Of a stretch of DNA of 64,000 nucleotides, positions 29,342 through 38,837 are shown piece after piece. Origin of the DNA: an uncultured Gemmatimonadales bacterium. GTDB taxonomy: Bacteria > Gemmatimonadota > Gemmatimonadetes > Longimicrobiales > RSA9. The notes under the pieces were generated by a model that did no database searches, had not been told where the DNA came from, and was given only the letters and a program-made list of their open reading frames with translations. Both the position numbers and the translations under genes were made by a program. How positions within the stretch are numbered: the first letter of the stretch is position 1; the number at the start of each line of letters is the position of its first letter. The stretch is from the NCBI GenBank assembly GCA_963816355.1, contig CAWFKH010000006.1, positions 224,001 to 288,000 on the forward strand, in the 5' to 3' direction.

Positions 29342-32300
29342 ATGGACGCGCGGACCACACCGGGGGAGGGAAGGCGACGATCGCATCGCCGCGCCCGCCG
29401 CGCGCGTCCGCGCCGTTGGCTCGCGCTGCTGCAACTCCTCGCCGCGGCGCCCGTCCTCGCCGCCGGTGCCGCCGCACAGCGTCCGCCGCGTCCTTCCGAT
29501 CCCGCCGTCCGCGACGCGCGCTCGGCTTCCGTGCCGCCCGACACGCTGCCGCCGCTCGCCGCGCCGCGCCTGGGCCTGCCGCCGCGCTACCGCCCGTTCG
29601 TCGGCGGCTATGCGGGGGGCGGCGTCGCCGCCGGTGCCGCGGCGTGGGTCGGCGGCGGCGTCTACAAGGACCTGCTGAATCCCGCGGCCGGCATCCTCGG
29701 CGTGCAGGCGGAGGGCTACCTGGGCGCCTCGCGCGAGCGCACGCCGGACGTGGACCTGGCGCTCGGGCTGCGCAGCCCGATCCTGCGGCTCGGCTTGGGT
29801 GTCGAGGCCGTGTTCCCGCGTGCGCGCGTGGCGCCCTACGTCTCGATCATGCACCCGGTGCGGCGCGGCGGCTTCCTCTTCCCCGGCGGCGAGCTGCACG
29901 CCACCTGGACCTTCGGCCCGATCGACCGCTTGCGGCTGGGCCTCGCCGTGCCGGTCGGGCAGCCGTTCGCGGGGAGGGGTCGGCCGCGGCTCGACCACGT
30001 GCGGCTCGCGGTTCCGCCGGCGCCTCGCGTGCCGCCCGGCCCCGCGCCCGACGCGGCGCTGGCGCGCGCGGCCGACGCGCTCGCCGCCGCCGCCGAGCGC
30101 GTCGCCGACGTCGTCGTTCCGGACCTGGGCCGCGCCGGCTCGCCGAAGCGGCCGGACGATGCGCGCTTCACGGGCCGCCTGCGCACGCTCGCCCGCGAGG
30201 TCGCGGCGCACGGTGGCGCGGTCCAGGTCCTCCGCGACTACCACGACCGCCTCGACCGCGCGTTCTCGCTCGCGCTCGATCCGCGCGCCGTCGGCGTGAG
30301 CGCGGCCGGCTGCGCGCTGGCGGACTCGGCGCGCGCCGTGCTCCTCGGCGAGGTGCTCCTGCCCTACGACCGCCTGCTGGGGCAGAAGCGCAAGCCGGAG
30401 ACGCTGGCGCCGTTCGCGGCCGCGGCGCTGCGCCGCTTCGAGGCGGAGGCGGTGCCGGCCGCGCTCGGAGCGACGTCGTCCGATCGCGCGACGTGGCTCA
30501 TGTCCCGCCTCCTGGATGCGGTCTCCGGCGAGGTGTCACGGCAGCGCAGGCGGTGGGGCGACGAACGGCTGGCGTGGCTGCCGCTGCAGCTCGCGCTCCG
30601 CCAGGATGCGTACGCGACGCAGGCGCAGATCGACGCGCTCGTGACGCGCGCGACCGGCGTCACGTTCTCGGACAGCAACCAGGTTGCCTACGCGCACAAC
30701 GCGGAGTTCCAGTACGAGCTGTACCGCTCGATCCACGATGCGCGCAGCTACCACGTGCTCTGGGTCCACGACTTCCGCGGCCTGGACGACGCCGGCGAGC
30801 CGGACGGCGTCGCCTTCCAGCAGCTCGCCTACGGCTACCTGGGCGCGCTGATCGACCGCGTCGAAGCGTACGACTCGACCGCCGCGCTGCCGGAGTACGA
30901 CATCTTCCTCGATCAGTATTACTACGAGAAGGACCACAGCCGACTGTGGATGACGATCCTGCGCGACCCGCTCTCGGTGCGCGGCCGCATCGAGGACCTG
31001 CCGCCGTCGTGGCAGGCGGTGGTCGACAGCCTGTGCGACGCGCTGCGCTCCGCCGTCGCGGCGTCGCACCGCCTGCGGGCGCAGGAACGCGCGCACGGCA
31101 CCGCCTGGCTGCACGAGCGCGTCTCCGTCCGCGTCCACATCACCGGACAGGCCGACCCCTCGTTCTGGAGTGGCGATGTGCTTCCGCTCGTCGGCCTCTC
31201 CGACAACGTCCTGCGCGACCATCACAAGATCGCGTTCTACGACCTGAGCGAGGCGGACCCGTACCGCGGCGAGCTGATCGTGGCCGGCATGGGCGTGGGC
31301 GAGATCTACGCCGACGACGGCTGGGAGGACCGCTCGGCCGTGGTGAAGGGGCCGGCGGCCTACCCGGTGACGCACGCGGCCGCTCGTCTGCTCCTCCGCC
31401 AGGGCGTCGACAGCACGCGGCTCCCCTTCTGGGCCCGTCCCGTGGACGACGACGCGGCCGCCGCCGCGCGAACGCCCGTCCCGTCCTTCCAGGCCGGTCC
31501 GGCGCGCGCGCTGCAGGTCCACAACCAGATCGGCTACGGCGCCAAGGACGCGACCATCGCGAAGGCGGTCGTCTACACGATGATGCCCGCCGGCTCCGTG
31601 CTGAAGATCCCGGACTCGCTCTGGAACAACCCCCTGTGGGCTTCGCTGCTCGTCGGCCAGGCGCTCCGCGGCGGGCGCGTCCTCGTCATGTCGCCATCCC
31701 AGCGCAACGCGCCGGCGCCGAACTTCGCCGCGATGTCGCTCGCCGAGGAGATGCTGGCGCGCATGATCGTCGCGAGCCACATCCTGGGCCCCGCGATCGC
31801 CGCCGCGGGCGGCGGCCTTCACGTGGGGATCTACGACGTCGACTTCCCCGTCGACGACATCGCCGCCCGCATCGACGTCGCGCTCGCAACGCGGGCGCGC
31901 AACCCGTGGCTGCGGCGGCTCGAGCCGTTCTCTCGCGAGGTCATCGACACGCTGCACGCCGTCGCGCGCGACCTGCGCCGGGCGCCGGTGGCGGAGCGCG
32001 ACGGCGAGGTCGCCGCGCGCGACGCCAGCAAGGACCTCGACGTTGGCAGCGGCTCGCAGATCGGCAGCGAGGCGGAGGGCGGCGAGCACCCGAAGCTGCA
32101 CATCAAGGCGCAGTTCTTCTCTTCAGCGAAGGGCTACGACGACCTGCTGCGCTGGCACGGCTGGGGCGCGCTGCTGTCCCGGTCGCTGCGGGCCCGCGCC
32201 GCCGAAGGGGCGCGCCGGCCGCACCCGCCCTCGTACTACCACATCGAGCCCGGCGACGGCGCCGCGCGGGCGGCGACGCGGATCTTCGAGCGCCAGGCGG

Positions 32301-32554
32301 CGGCCGAGGGGCCCGACAGCGTCGTCTATTACCTGATGATGGGATCGCAGAACGAGGACTACCGCTCGGCGCTGCTCGACGGCGAAGTGCTGCTGCTGCT
32401 CTCCCACTACGGCGCCGCCGTCGGCACCACCGACTTCGTGCTGCTGCCCAGCCTCTGCACGTGGGTCGACACCGTCGACGAGCTGCACCGCTACCTCCCG
32501 CAGCGCAGCTTCTTCCTCCGCTGGGTCGCGCGCGCGACGCGGATCCTGTACTAG
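29342..32554 (+). CDS. Large exported phospholipase D / cardiolipin synthase-like protein with an N-terminal beta-strand domain
   Basis: Signal peptide; HHKIAFYD (HxKx4D); LHIKAQF followed about 80 codons later by MGSQNEDYRSALLDGE. Confidence 0.7.
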   Translation: MDARTTPGEGRRRSHRRARRARPRRWLALLQLLAAAPVLAAGAAAQRPPRPSDPAVRDARSASVPPDTLPPLAAPRLGLPPRYRPFVGGYAGGGVAAGAAAWVGGGVYKDLLNPAAGILGVQAEGYLGASRERTPDVDLALGLRSPILRLGLGVEAVFPRARVAPYVSIMHPVRRGGFLFPGGELHATWTFGPIDRLRLGLAVPVGQPFAGRGRPRLDHVRLAVPPAPRVPPGPAPDAALARAADALAAAAERVADVVVPDLGRAGSPKRPDDARFTGRLRTLAREVAAHGGAVQVLRDYHDRLDRAFSLALDPRAVGVSAAGCALADSARAVLLGEVLLPYDRLLGQKRKPETLAPFAAAALRRFEAEAVPAALGATSSDRATWLMSRLLDAVSGEVSRQRRRWGDERLAWLPLQLALRQDAYATQAQIDALVTRATGVTFSDSNQVAYAHNAEFQYELYRSIHDARSYHVLWVHDFRGLDDAGEPDGVAFQQLAYGYLGALIDRVEAYDSTAALPEYDIFLDQYYYEKDHSRLWMTILRDPLSVRGRIEDLPPSWQAVVDSLCDALRSAVAASHRLRAQERAHGTAWLHERVSVRVHITGQADPSFWSGDVLPLVGLSDNVLRDHHKIAFYDLSEADPYRGELIVAGMGVGEIYADDGWEDRSAVVKGPAAYPVTHAAARLLLRQGVDSTRLPFWARPVDDDAAAAARTPVPSFQAGPARALQVHNQIGYGAKDATIAKAVVYTMMPAGSVLKIPDSLWNNPLWASLLVGQALRGGRVLVMSPSQRNAPAPNFAAMSLAEEMLARMIVASHILGPAIAAAGGGLHVGIYDVDFPVDDIAARIDVALATRARNPWLRRLEPFSREVIDTLHAVARDLRRAPVAERDGEVAARDASKDLDVGSGSQIGSEAEGGEHPKLHIKAQFFSSAKGYDDLLRWHGWGALLSRSLRARAAEGARRPHPPSYYHIEPGDGAARAATRIFERQAAAEGPDSVVYYLMMGSQNEDYRSALLDGEVLLLLSHYGAAVGTTDFVLLPSLCTWVDTVDELHRYLPQRSFFLRWVARATRILY

Positions 32555-32605
32555 CAGCGGCCCCGATCCCCCTAGGCCGGAACGGCCCCTCAGTCCGCGC
32601 CTGAG

Positions 32606-32640
32606 CGGCGTCCCCCGCGCGGAGGACGGGGGACGCCGCC
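32606..32640. terminator. Hairpin between convergent genes
   Basis: GCGGCGTCCCCC...GGGGGACGCCGC. Confidence 0.55.
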
Positions 32641-32646
32641 GGCTTC

Positions 32647-33429
32647 TCACCGCGCCGGCTCGAAGAGCGCGAACGCGCCGCCTTGCGGGTCCATGCACTG
32701 GGCGATCCTGCCGCCGCCGGGCACGTCCATCGGTCCGTTCTGGACCTGGCCGCCGCCTGCGGCGACGCGCTCGAGCGCGCCGTCCAGGTCCGCGACGTTG
32801 AAGTAGTAGAGCCAGTGCGGCGGCACGTTCAGCCGCTTCGCCATCTCGGACATGCCGCCGGCCGCCGCGTCCTGCGGCTCGTCCGCCTGACGGAACATGA
32901 AGTAGACGCCGTCCTCGCCCATGTCGAACGACGAGGCGTGCCGCCAGCCGAAGAGGTCGGAGTAGAAGCTCCACGCCCCCGGCTGGTCCGTCGTGTTGAG
33001 CTCGTGCCATCCGACGACGCCGGTGCGCATCCGGTCCGGCGCCGGCATCGGCTCTCCCGCGGCGCGGAAGAGGGAGATCGCCGCACCCTGCGGATCGGTG
33101 ATGACGGCGAAGCGGCCGATCTCGGGGATGTCCGTGCCGGGCAGGCGGATCTGGCCGCCGAGCTCGCTCGCGCGCGCGGCGGCGGCGTCGACGTCGTCGA
33201 CGGCGACGTACGCCATCCAGTGCGGCGGCGCGGCGGCCTGACGCATCTGCGGCGTCAGCTCCATCATGCCGCCGATCGGCGCCTCCCCCGCCACCCACAT
33301 GAAGTACGGCTTGCCTCCGCCGTCCCAGCGTTGCAGCGACCAGCCGACCACGTCCATGTAGAACGCCTTCGCCGCGTCCACGTCGGTCGTCAGCAGGTCG
33401 TACCAGACGAAGCGCCCCTCCGTGCTCAT
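32647..33429 (-). CDS. VOC family (glyoxalase/bleomycin resistance) two-domain protein
   Basis: RBS GGAGG; FVWYDLLTTD...DPQGA duplicated as VGWHELNTTD...DPQGG. Confidence 0.92.
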   Translation of the reverse strand: MSTEGRFVWYDLLTTDVDAAKAFYMDVVGWSLQRWDGGGKPYFMWVAGEAPIGGMMELTPQMRQAAAPPHWMAYVAVDDVDAAAARASELGGQIRLPGTDIPEIGRFAVITDPQGAAISLFRAAGEPMPAPDRMRTGVVGWHELNTTDQPGAWSFYSDLFGWRHASSFDMGEDGVYFMFRQADEPQDAAAGGMSEMAKRLNVPPHWLYYFNVADLDGALERVAAGGGQVQNGPMDVPGGGRIAQCMDPQGGAFALFEPAR

Positions 33430-33650
33430 CGACACCTCCTCCGTTGGTCGTATACTCGCGAAGTGGCAGCCCGCGCGCCCCATGTCAAGCACCCATCCCG
33501 CAGCCCCATCCCGCAGGCCGATCCCGCAGTCCAATGCCGCCGTCCCGCTGGCGCCGCGCCCCACCCGTCCGCAGATTCGCCGGGTCGCGGACGCGCCCCC
33601 ACCGGCCGCCCGCCACTCCGTCCCGACTTCTCGAACCGAGTGGAACCGCC

Positions 33651-35735
33651 ATGCCACACCGCCGCCACCTCGTCGCCGTCGCCCTCCTCGCTCTTGCCCC
33701 GCTGCTCGCGCCGCCCGCCGTGCGCGCGCAGGGACGGCCCGGCGCCGGCCGGCCGGCGCAGCCCCGGCAGGCGGAGGACCCGCGCGCGTCGCAGACGGAA
33801 AAGCCGCCGCTGCACGCGCGCCACTGGCTCGCCATCACCGGGAAGCCGCTCTCCGCCACGGCGGGCGCGCTCGTCTTCGCGAAGGGCGGCAACGCCGTGG
33901 ACGCCGCGGTCGCGATGCTCGCGGCGGGCTGCACGATGTGGGACACGCTGTCGTGCGGCGGCGAGACGCAGGCGCTGATCTACGACCCGCACACGCGCAA
34001 GGTGATCGGCATCGATGCGCTCGGCGTCGCGCCGACCGGCGCGACCGCGGACTTCTACCACTCGAAAGGGTATCGCTTCCCGCCGGAGTACGGGCCGCTC
34101 GCCGCGGTGACGCCGGGGACGGTGGGCGGCATGCTGACGATGCTCGCGGAGTACGGCACGCTGCCGCTGAAGGAGGTGCTGGCGCCGGCGATCGAGATGG
34201 CGGACGGCTACCCGATGGAGGCGCAGCTCTCCCATACCATCGAGCACTACAAGGACTGGCTGAAGAAGTGGACGTACTCGCGCGCGACGATGCTGCCGCA
34301 CCTCGGCTCCGCCTACGAGGCGCCGCGGCCGGGCGAGATCTTCGTGCAGAAGGACCTGGCCCAAACGTGGCGAAAGCTGGTGGAGGCGGAGCAGCAGGCG
34401 CTGGCGGCGGGCAAGGACCGCAAGGCAGCGATCTACGCCGCCTACGACCGCTTCTACAAGGGCGACATCGCGCGCGAGCTCGTGCGCGGCGCGCAGGAGG
34501 AGGGCGGCCTCATCACGATGCAGGACCTCGCGCGCTGGAAGGTGAAGATCGAGGAGCCGCTCCACACGTCCTACAAGGGGATCGAGGTCTACAAGCTCCC
34601 GATCTGGCAGCAGGGTCCCGTGATGCTGCAGGCGCTGAACCTGCTCGAGAACGTGCCGGACCTGAAGGGGCTCGGCTACAACTCGGCGCGCTACATCCAC
34701 GCCCTCTACCAGGTGATGAACCTCGCCTACGCCGACCGCGACTTCTACTACGGCGACCCCTACTTCCCGCCCGCGGAGCCGGTCGCCGGGCTGCTGTCGA
34801 AGGACTACGCCCGCGCGCGCTTCGGCGAGATCGACTGGAAGAGGAACGACCCGGACGTGAAGCCGGGTGATCCGTACCGGTTCCAGGAGGGCACCAATCC
34901 ATTCCCCGAGCTGCTCGCCGCCTGGGACCCGCGGCGCTTCGTCCCCGCCGACGAGCGCACGCGGAGCGGCGGCCAGGACCGCGCTCCGGGCGCGGCCCGA
35001 GACACCACCGCCGCGGAGCGCGACACCACCGCCGCGGAGCGCGACACCACCGGCGCGCGCGGCGCCGCCGGCGCGGAGCGCATGTCCGGCACCGCCGAAT
35101 TCCTGCCGCAGGACGCGACGCCGGCGGACTCCGCCCACGCGGCCGAATTCTACGCGGGGACCACGTCGATCGAAGCGGCGGACGCGGAGGGCTGGATCGT
35201 GTCGATCACGCCGAGCGGCGGCTGGGTCCCGGCGGTGATCGCCGGCCACACGGGGATCGGCCTCAGCGAGCGTGCGCAGAGCTTCGTCACGCGCCCCGAA
35301 GACGGGCCGTACAACGTGATCGAGCCGGGCAAGCGGCCGCGCGTGACGCTGACGCCGACGATCGCGCTGAAGGACGGTGCGCCGTACCTCGCGATGGCCG
35401 TACAGGGCGGCGATTCGCAGGACCAGAACCTGCTCCAGTTCTTCCTGAACGTGGTCGAGTTCGGCATGACGGTGCAGCAGGCGGTCGAGGCGCCGAACAT
35501 CAACAGCTTTCAGATGCTGTCGTCGTTCGGGATGCACGAGAACCGGCCGGGGCGGATGCTGGTGGCGACGTCGCTGCCGGACTCCACGCGCGACGCGCTG
35601 CGCGCCATGGGCTACACGCTTCAGCTCGCGCCGCGCACTTCCGGCCCGATCAACGCGATCTTCTTCGACGCCGCGCACCACAGCATGTGGGGCGGCTCGA
35701 GCAATCACGGCGAGGACTACGGCATCGGCTGGTGA
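33651..35735 (+). CDS. ggt: Exported gamma-glutamyltransferase family protein
   Basis: GGNAVDAAVA, VTPGTVGG, DRFYKGDIA, LAYADRD, autocleavage site GTTSI and PGKRPRVTLTP. Confidence 0.9.
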   Translation: MPHRRHLVAVALLALAPLLAPPAVRAQGRPGAGRPAQPRQAEDPRASQTEKPPLHARHWLAITGKPLSATAGALVFAKGGNAVDAAVAMLAAGCTMWDTLSCGGETQALIYDPHTRKVIGIDALGVAPTGATADFYHSKGYRFPPEYGPLAAVTPGTVGGMLTMLAEYGTLPLKEVLAPAIEMADGYPMEAQLSHTIEHYKDWLKKWTYSRATMLPHLGSAYEAPRPGEIFVQKDLAQTWRKLVEAEQQALAAGKDRKAAIYAAYDRFYKGDIARELVRGAQEEGGLITMQDLARWKVKIEEPLHTSYKGIEVYKLPIWQQGPVMLQALNLLENVPDLKGLGYNSARYIHALYQVMNLAYADRDFYYGDPYFPPAEPVAGLLSKDYARARFGEIDWKRNDPDVKPGDPYRFQEGTNPFPELLAAWDPRRFVPADERTRSGGQDRAPGAARDTTAAERDTTAAERDTTGARGAAGAERMSGTAEFLPQDATPADSAHAAEFYAGTTSIEAADAEGWIVSITPSGGWVPAVIAGHTGIGLSERAQSFVTRPEDGPYNVIEPGKRPRVTLTPTIALKDGAPYLAMAVQGGDSQDQNLLQFFLNVVEFGMTVQQAVEAPNINSFQMLSSFGMHENRPGRMLVATSLPDSTRDALRAMGYTLQLAPRTSGPINAIFFDAAHHSMWGGSSNHGEDYGIGW
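34999..35052 (+). repeat. In-frame 21-bp repeat (RDTTAAE x2 plus RDTT) in ggt
   Basis: CGCGACACCACCGCCGCGGAG units. Confidence 0.85.
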
Positions 35736-35756
35736 GGGGGGCGCGCCGCCACCGCC

Positions 35757-36227
35757 TCACTCCTCGGCGGCGCGCTGCCGTGCGGCGTACAGGTAGCCGG
35801 GCTGCAGGTCCAGCAGGTTGGCGATCCGGCGCAGCAGGTACGCCTCGTGCTTCGCGATGCGGCCGTCCGCGAGGATCACGCCCCACATGATCTCCGCCAG
35901 TAGCGTCTTCTGCCCGAGGTCGTAGTTCGTGCGCACCAGGTGCGTGAACTGGTAGAGGTCGATCGCCGACGCGCGCTCCGCCTCCGCCAGCTCGATCAGT
36001 TCCTGCGCCGTCGCCTCGTCCAGCGCGAAGTGGCGGCGCAGCACCGCCTCGATGTGCATCCGCTCCGCGTCGCTGAACTCGTCGTCGGCGTGCGCGAGCT
36101 CCAGCAGCAGCGCGCACGCGGCGATGTGCACGCGGCGGTGCTCCTCGTCTTCCGAGCCGGCCGGACGGTCGGCGGCGGCGTCGGCCGAGATCCGCCGGTG
36201 GAAGAACGCTCGAATCGGATCGATCAT
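35757..36227 (-). CDS. TerB family protein
   Basis: AACALLLELAHAD, IDLYQFT, MWGVILADG and HEAYLLRRIANLL. Confidence 0.85.
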   Translation of the reverse strand: MIDPIRAFFHRRISADAAADRPAGSEDEEHRRVHIAACALLLELAHADDEFSDAERMHIEAVLRRHFALDEATAQELIELAEAERASAIDLYQFTHLVRTNYDLGQKTLLAEIMWGVILADGRIAKHEAYLLRRIANLLDLQPGYLYAARQRAAEE

Positions 36228-36378
36228 GGAGTCATCATGGCCCGTCTGCCCCACGCGCGGCAAGCCGGCGCCGCCGCCTCCGCCCGCCTTCGCCCGGCTG
36301 ACCCGCCGTTGAAACCGATCGCGGCCGGGCGCCGTACGGCTTCCGGAACCAGCCGGCCCCTTCCGATCGGGTAGGACC

Positions 36379-38835
36379 ATGGCCTCATCCGGCGGCATCC
36401 TCGCCAGCGTTCGCCAAGACCTCCGCTTCGCTCTGAGGGCGCTGCGCAGGAGTCCCGGCTTCACCGCGGTGGCGCTCCTCACGCTCGCGCTCGGCATCGG
36501 CGCGAACAGCGCCATCTTCAGCGTGGTCGACGGCGTGCTGCTGCGGCCGCTGCCGTACCGCCAGCCGGACCGTCTCGTCTACCTCTACAGCCAGTTCCCC
36601 ACGCTCGGCTTCGACGAGTTCTGGGTCTCGCCGCCGGAGTACCGCGACCTGCAGGAGCGCGCGCGCTCGTTCAGCTCGATCGGCGCGTGGCGCACCGGGC
36701 GCGTCAACGTGGCCGGCGCGGAGGATCCCCTCCGCGTCACCTCCGCGATCGCGAGCGCGGAGCTCTTCACTGCGCTCGGTGTCTCGCCGGAGAGGGGGCG
36801 CGCGTTCACCGCGGACGAGGACCGCCCGGACGGACCCGCGGTCGCGGTGATCTCGGACGGCCTGTGGCGGCGCGCGTTCGGCGGCGATCCGGGCCTCGTG
36901 GGCAGCCGCGTCCAGATCGACGGCGCCCCGACGACGATCACCGGCGTGATGCCGCCCGGCTTCGACATCGAGGACGCCGGCGTGGACGTGTGGGTTCCCG
37001 CGCAGATCGGCCCCCATCCCACGAACCGCGGTTCGCATTACCTGCACCTGGTGGGCCGTCTCGCTCCGGGCGCCACGCTGGAGGGCGCGCGGTCGGAGAT
37101 GGCGTCGCTCCTGGCGAGCTGGCGCGAGGTCGTTCCCGCCGGTCACGTGCCGGATCCGGAGCGTCACCCGATCCGCATGCGCAGCCTGAAGGTGCAGATG
37201 ACGGGCGGCGTGCAGACGGCGCTGTTGCTGCTCCTCGCCGCCGTCGGCCTCGTGCTGCTGATCGCGGTGGCGAACGTCGGCAACCTGCTGCTCGCCCGCT
37301 CGGAGGGGCGGCGCCGCGAGGTGGCCGTGCGCGTCGCGATCGGCGCCGGGCGGCGTCGTCTGATCCGGCAGTTCCTGACCGAGAGCCTCGTGCTCGCCGC
37401 GATCGGCGGCGGCTTCGGTCTGCTGCTCGGCTGGGGCGGGCTGCACCTGCTGCTGGCGCGCGCCGGAGACAGCATTCCGCGCACCGGCGAGGTGGGCCTC
37501 GACGGCCGCGTCCTGCTGGCGACGCTCGCGGTGTCGCTCGTCGCCGGGCTGCTTTTCGGCCTGGCGCCGCTGCTCCACCTCACCGGCGGCTCGATGGCGA
37601 CGTCGCTCCGCGAGAGCGACCGGCGCAGCACCGCCGGCCACGCCCGCCAGCGACTGCGCCGCGGCCTGGTCGTGGCGGAGGTGGCGCTCGCCGCGATGCT
37701 CGTCGTCGGCTCCGGTCTGCTCATCCGGAGCCTGGGAACGCTGCAGCGCGTCGACCCCGGCTTCGAGGCGCGCGGCCTCCTCACGTTCCAGCTCTACCTC
37801 CCGCCGGCGCGCTACCGGGACGCGGCCGCGGCGAGCGCCTTCTACGCGTCGCTGCTCCAGCGCATCGACGCGCTGCCCGGCGTGCGTGCGGCCGCCGCGA
37901 TGAGCGGCCTGCCGCCGCTGCGCAACGTGGACGCCAACGACACCGAGTTCGAGGGGGTCGAACGCTCGCCGGACCGCCCCTTCAACGTCGACTACTACCA
38001 GACGGTGCAGGGGGAGTACTTCGCGACGATGGGGATCCCGATCGTCGCGGGCCGGGGCTTCCAGCCCGGCGACGACGCGAACGGCGCGCCCGTCCTGCTG
38101 ATCAACGAGACGCTCGCGCGCATGTACTATCCGGACCGCGACCCGATCGGCCGCCGCATCCAGCCGAGCGGCGCGCCGTTCTGGCTCACCATCGTCGGCG
38201 TGGTGAAGGACGTGAAGCAGGGCGGCCTCTCGGAGAAGACCGGCACGGAGCTGTACTTCAACGCCCCGCAGGTGGCGGCCGCCGGCATCCCGCAGCGCAC
38301 CATGAACATCGTGGTGCGGACGTCGGGACCGCCGCTCTCGCTCGCCGGCGAGGTCCGCGGCGTGGTGGGCGAGATGGACGCCTCGCTCCCCGTCGCGCAC
38401 CTCCAGACGATGGAGCAGAACATCGCGGACACGCTGCAGCAGCCGCGCTTCCTCACGCTGCTGCTCGCCCTCTTCGCGGCGCTTGCGCTCGCGCTCGCCG
38501 CCGTGGGCACCTACGGCGTCCTCGCGTACTCGGTCGCCGAGCGGCGCCACGAGATCGGCATCCGCATGGCGATGGGCGCGCAAGCCGGCGACGTGCTCGG
38601 CATGGTGCTGGGGAACGGCCTCGCGCTGGCCGGTTCCGGCCTGGCGCTGGGGCTGCTCGGCGCGCTCGCGCTCACGCGCCTCATGCGATCGCTCCTCTTC
38701 GGCGTGAGCACGACCGACGCGACGACGCTGCTGCTGGCGCCGCTCGTCCTCGCCCTCGTCGCCGCCGGCGCCTGCGCCATCCCCGCCCTTCGCGCCACGC
38801 GCGTCGATCCAGCCCACATCCTGCGCGAGGAGTAG
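36379..38835 (+). CDS. ABC permease, ADOP family
   Basis: [36 protein letters not shown]; ends ATRVDPAHILREE. Confidence 0.93.
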   Translation: MASSGGILASVRQDLRFALRALRRSPGFTAVALLTLALGIGANSAIFSVVDGVLLRPLPYRQPDRLVYLYSQFPTLGFDEFWVSPPEYRDLQERARSFSSIGAWRTGRVNVAGAEDPLRVTSAIASAELFTALGVSPERGRAFTADEDRPDGPAVAVISDGLWRRAFGGDPGLVGSRVQIDGAPTTITGVMPPGFDIEDAGVDVWVPAQIGPHPTNRGSHYLHLVGRLAPGATLEGARSEMASLLASWREVVPAGHVPDPERHPIRMRSLKVQMTGGVQTALLLLLAAVGLVLLIAVANVGNLLLARSEGRRREVAVRVAIGAGRRRLIRQFLTESLVLAAIGGGFGLLLGWGGLHLLLARAGDSIPRTGEVGLDGRVLLATLAVSLVAGLLFGLAPLLHLTGGSMATSLRESDRRSTAGHARQRLRRGLVVAEVALAAMLVVGSGLLIRSLGTLQRVDPGFEARGLLTFQLYLPPARYRDAAAASAFYASLLQRIDALPGVRAAAAMSGLPPLRNVDANDTEFEGVERSPDRPFNVDYYQTVQGEYFATMGIPIVAGRGFQPGDDANGAPVLLINETLARMYYPDRDPIGRRIQPSGAPFWLTIVGVVKDVKQGGLSEKTGTELYFNAPQVAAAGIPQRTMNIVVRTSGPPLSLAGEVRGVVGEMDASLPVAHLQTMEQNIADTLQQPRFLTLLLALFAALALALAAVGTYGVLAYSVAERRHEIGIRMAMGAQAGDVLGMVLGNGLALAGSGLALGLLGALALTRLMRSLLFGVSTTDATTLLLAPLVLALVAAGACAIPALRATRVDPAHILREE

Positions 38836-38837
38836 CG

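Noticed and set aside
35757..36227. Tellurite-resistance (ter) operon
   Set aside because: Only a lone TerB-family gene is present, with no terA, terC, terD or terZ.
36687..38837. 1523-aa giant permease fusion
   Set aside because: The N-terminal part is an off-frame shadow of the upstream permease; the real gene starts at ATG 38838.
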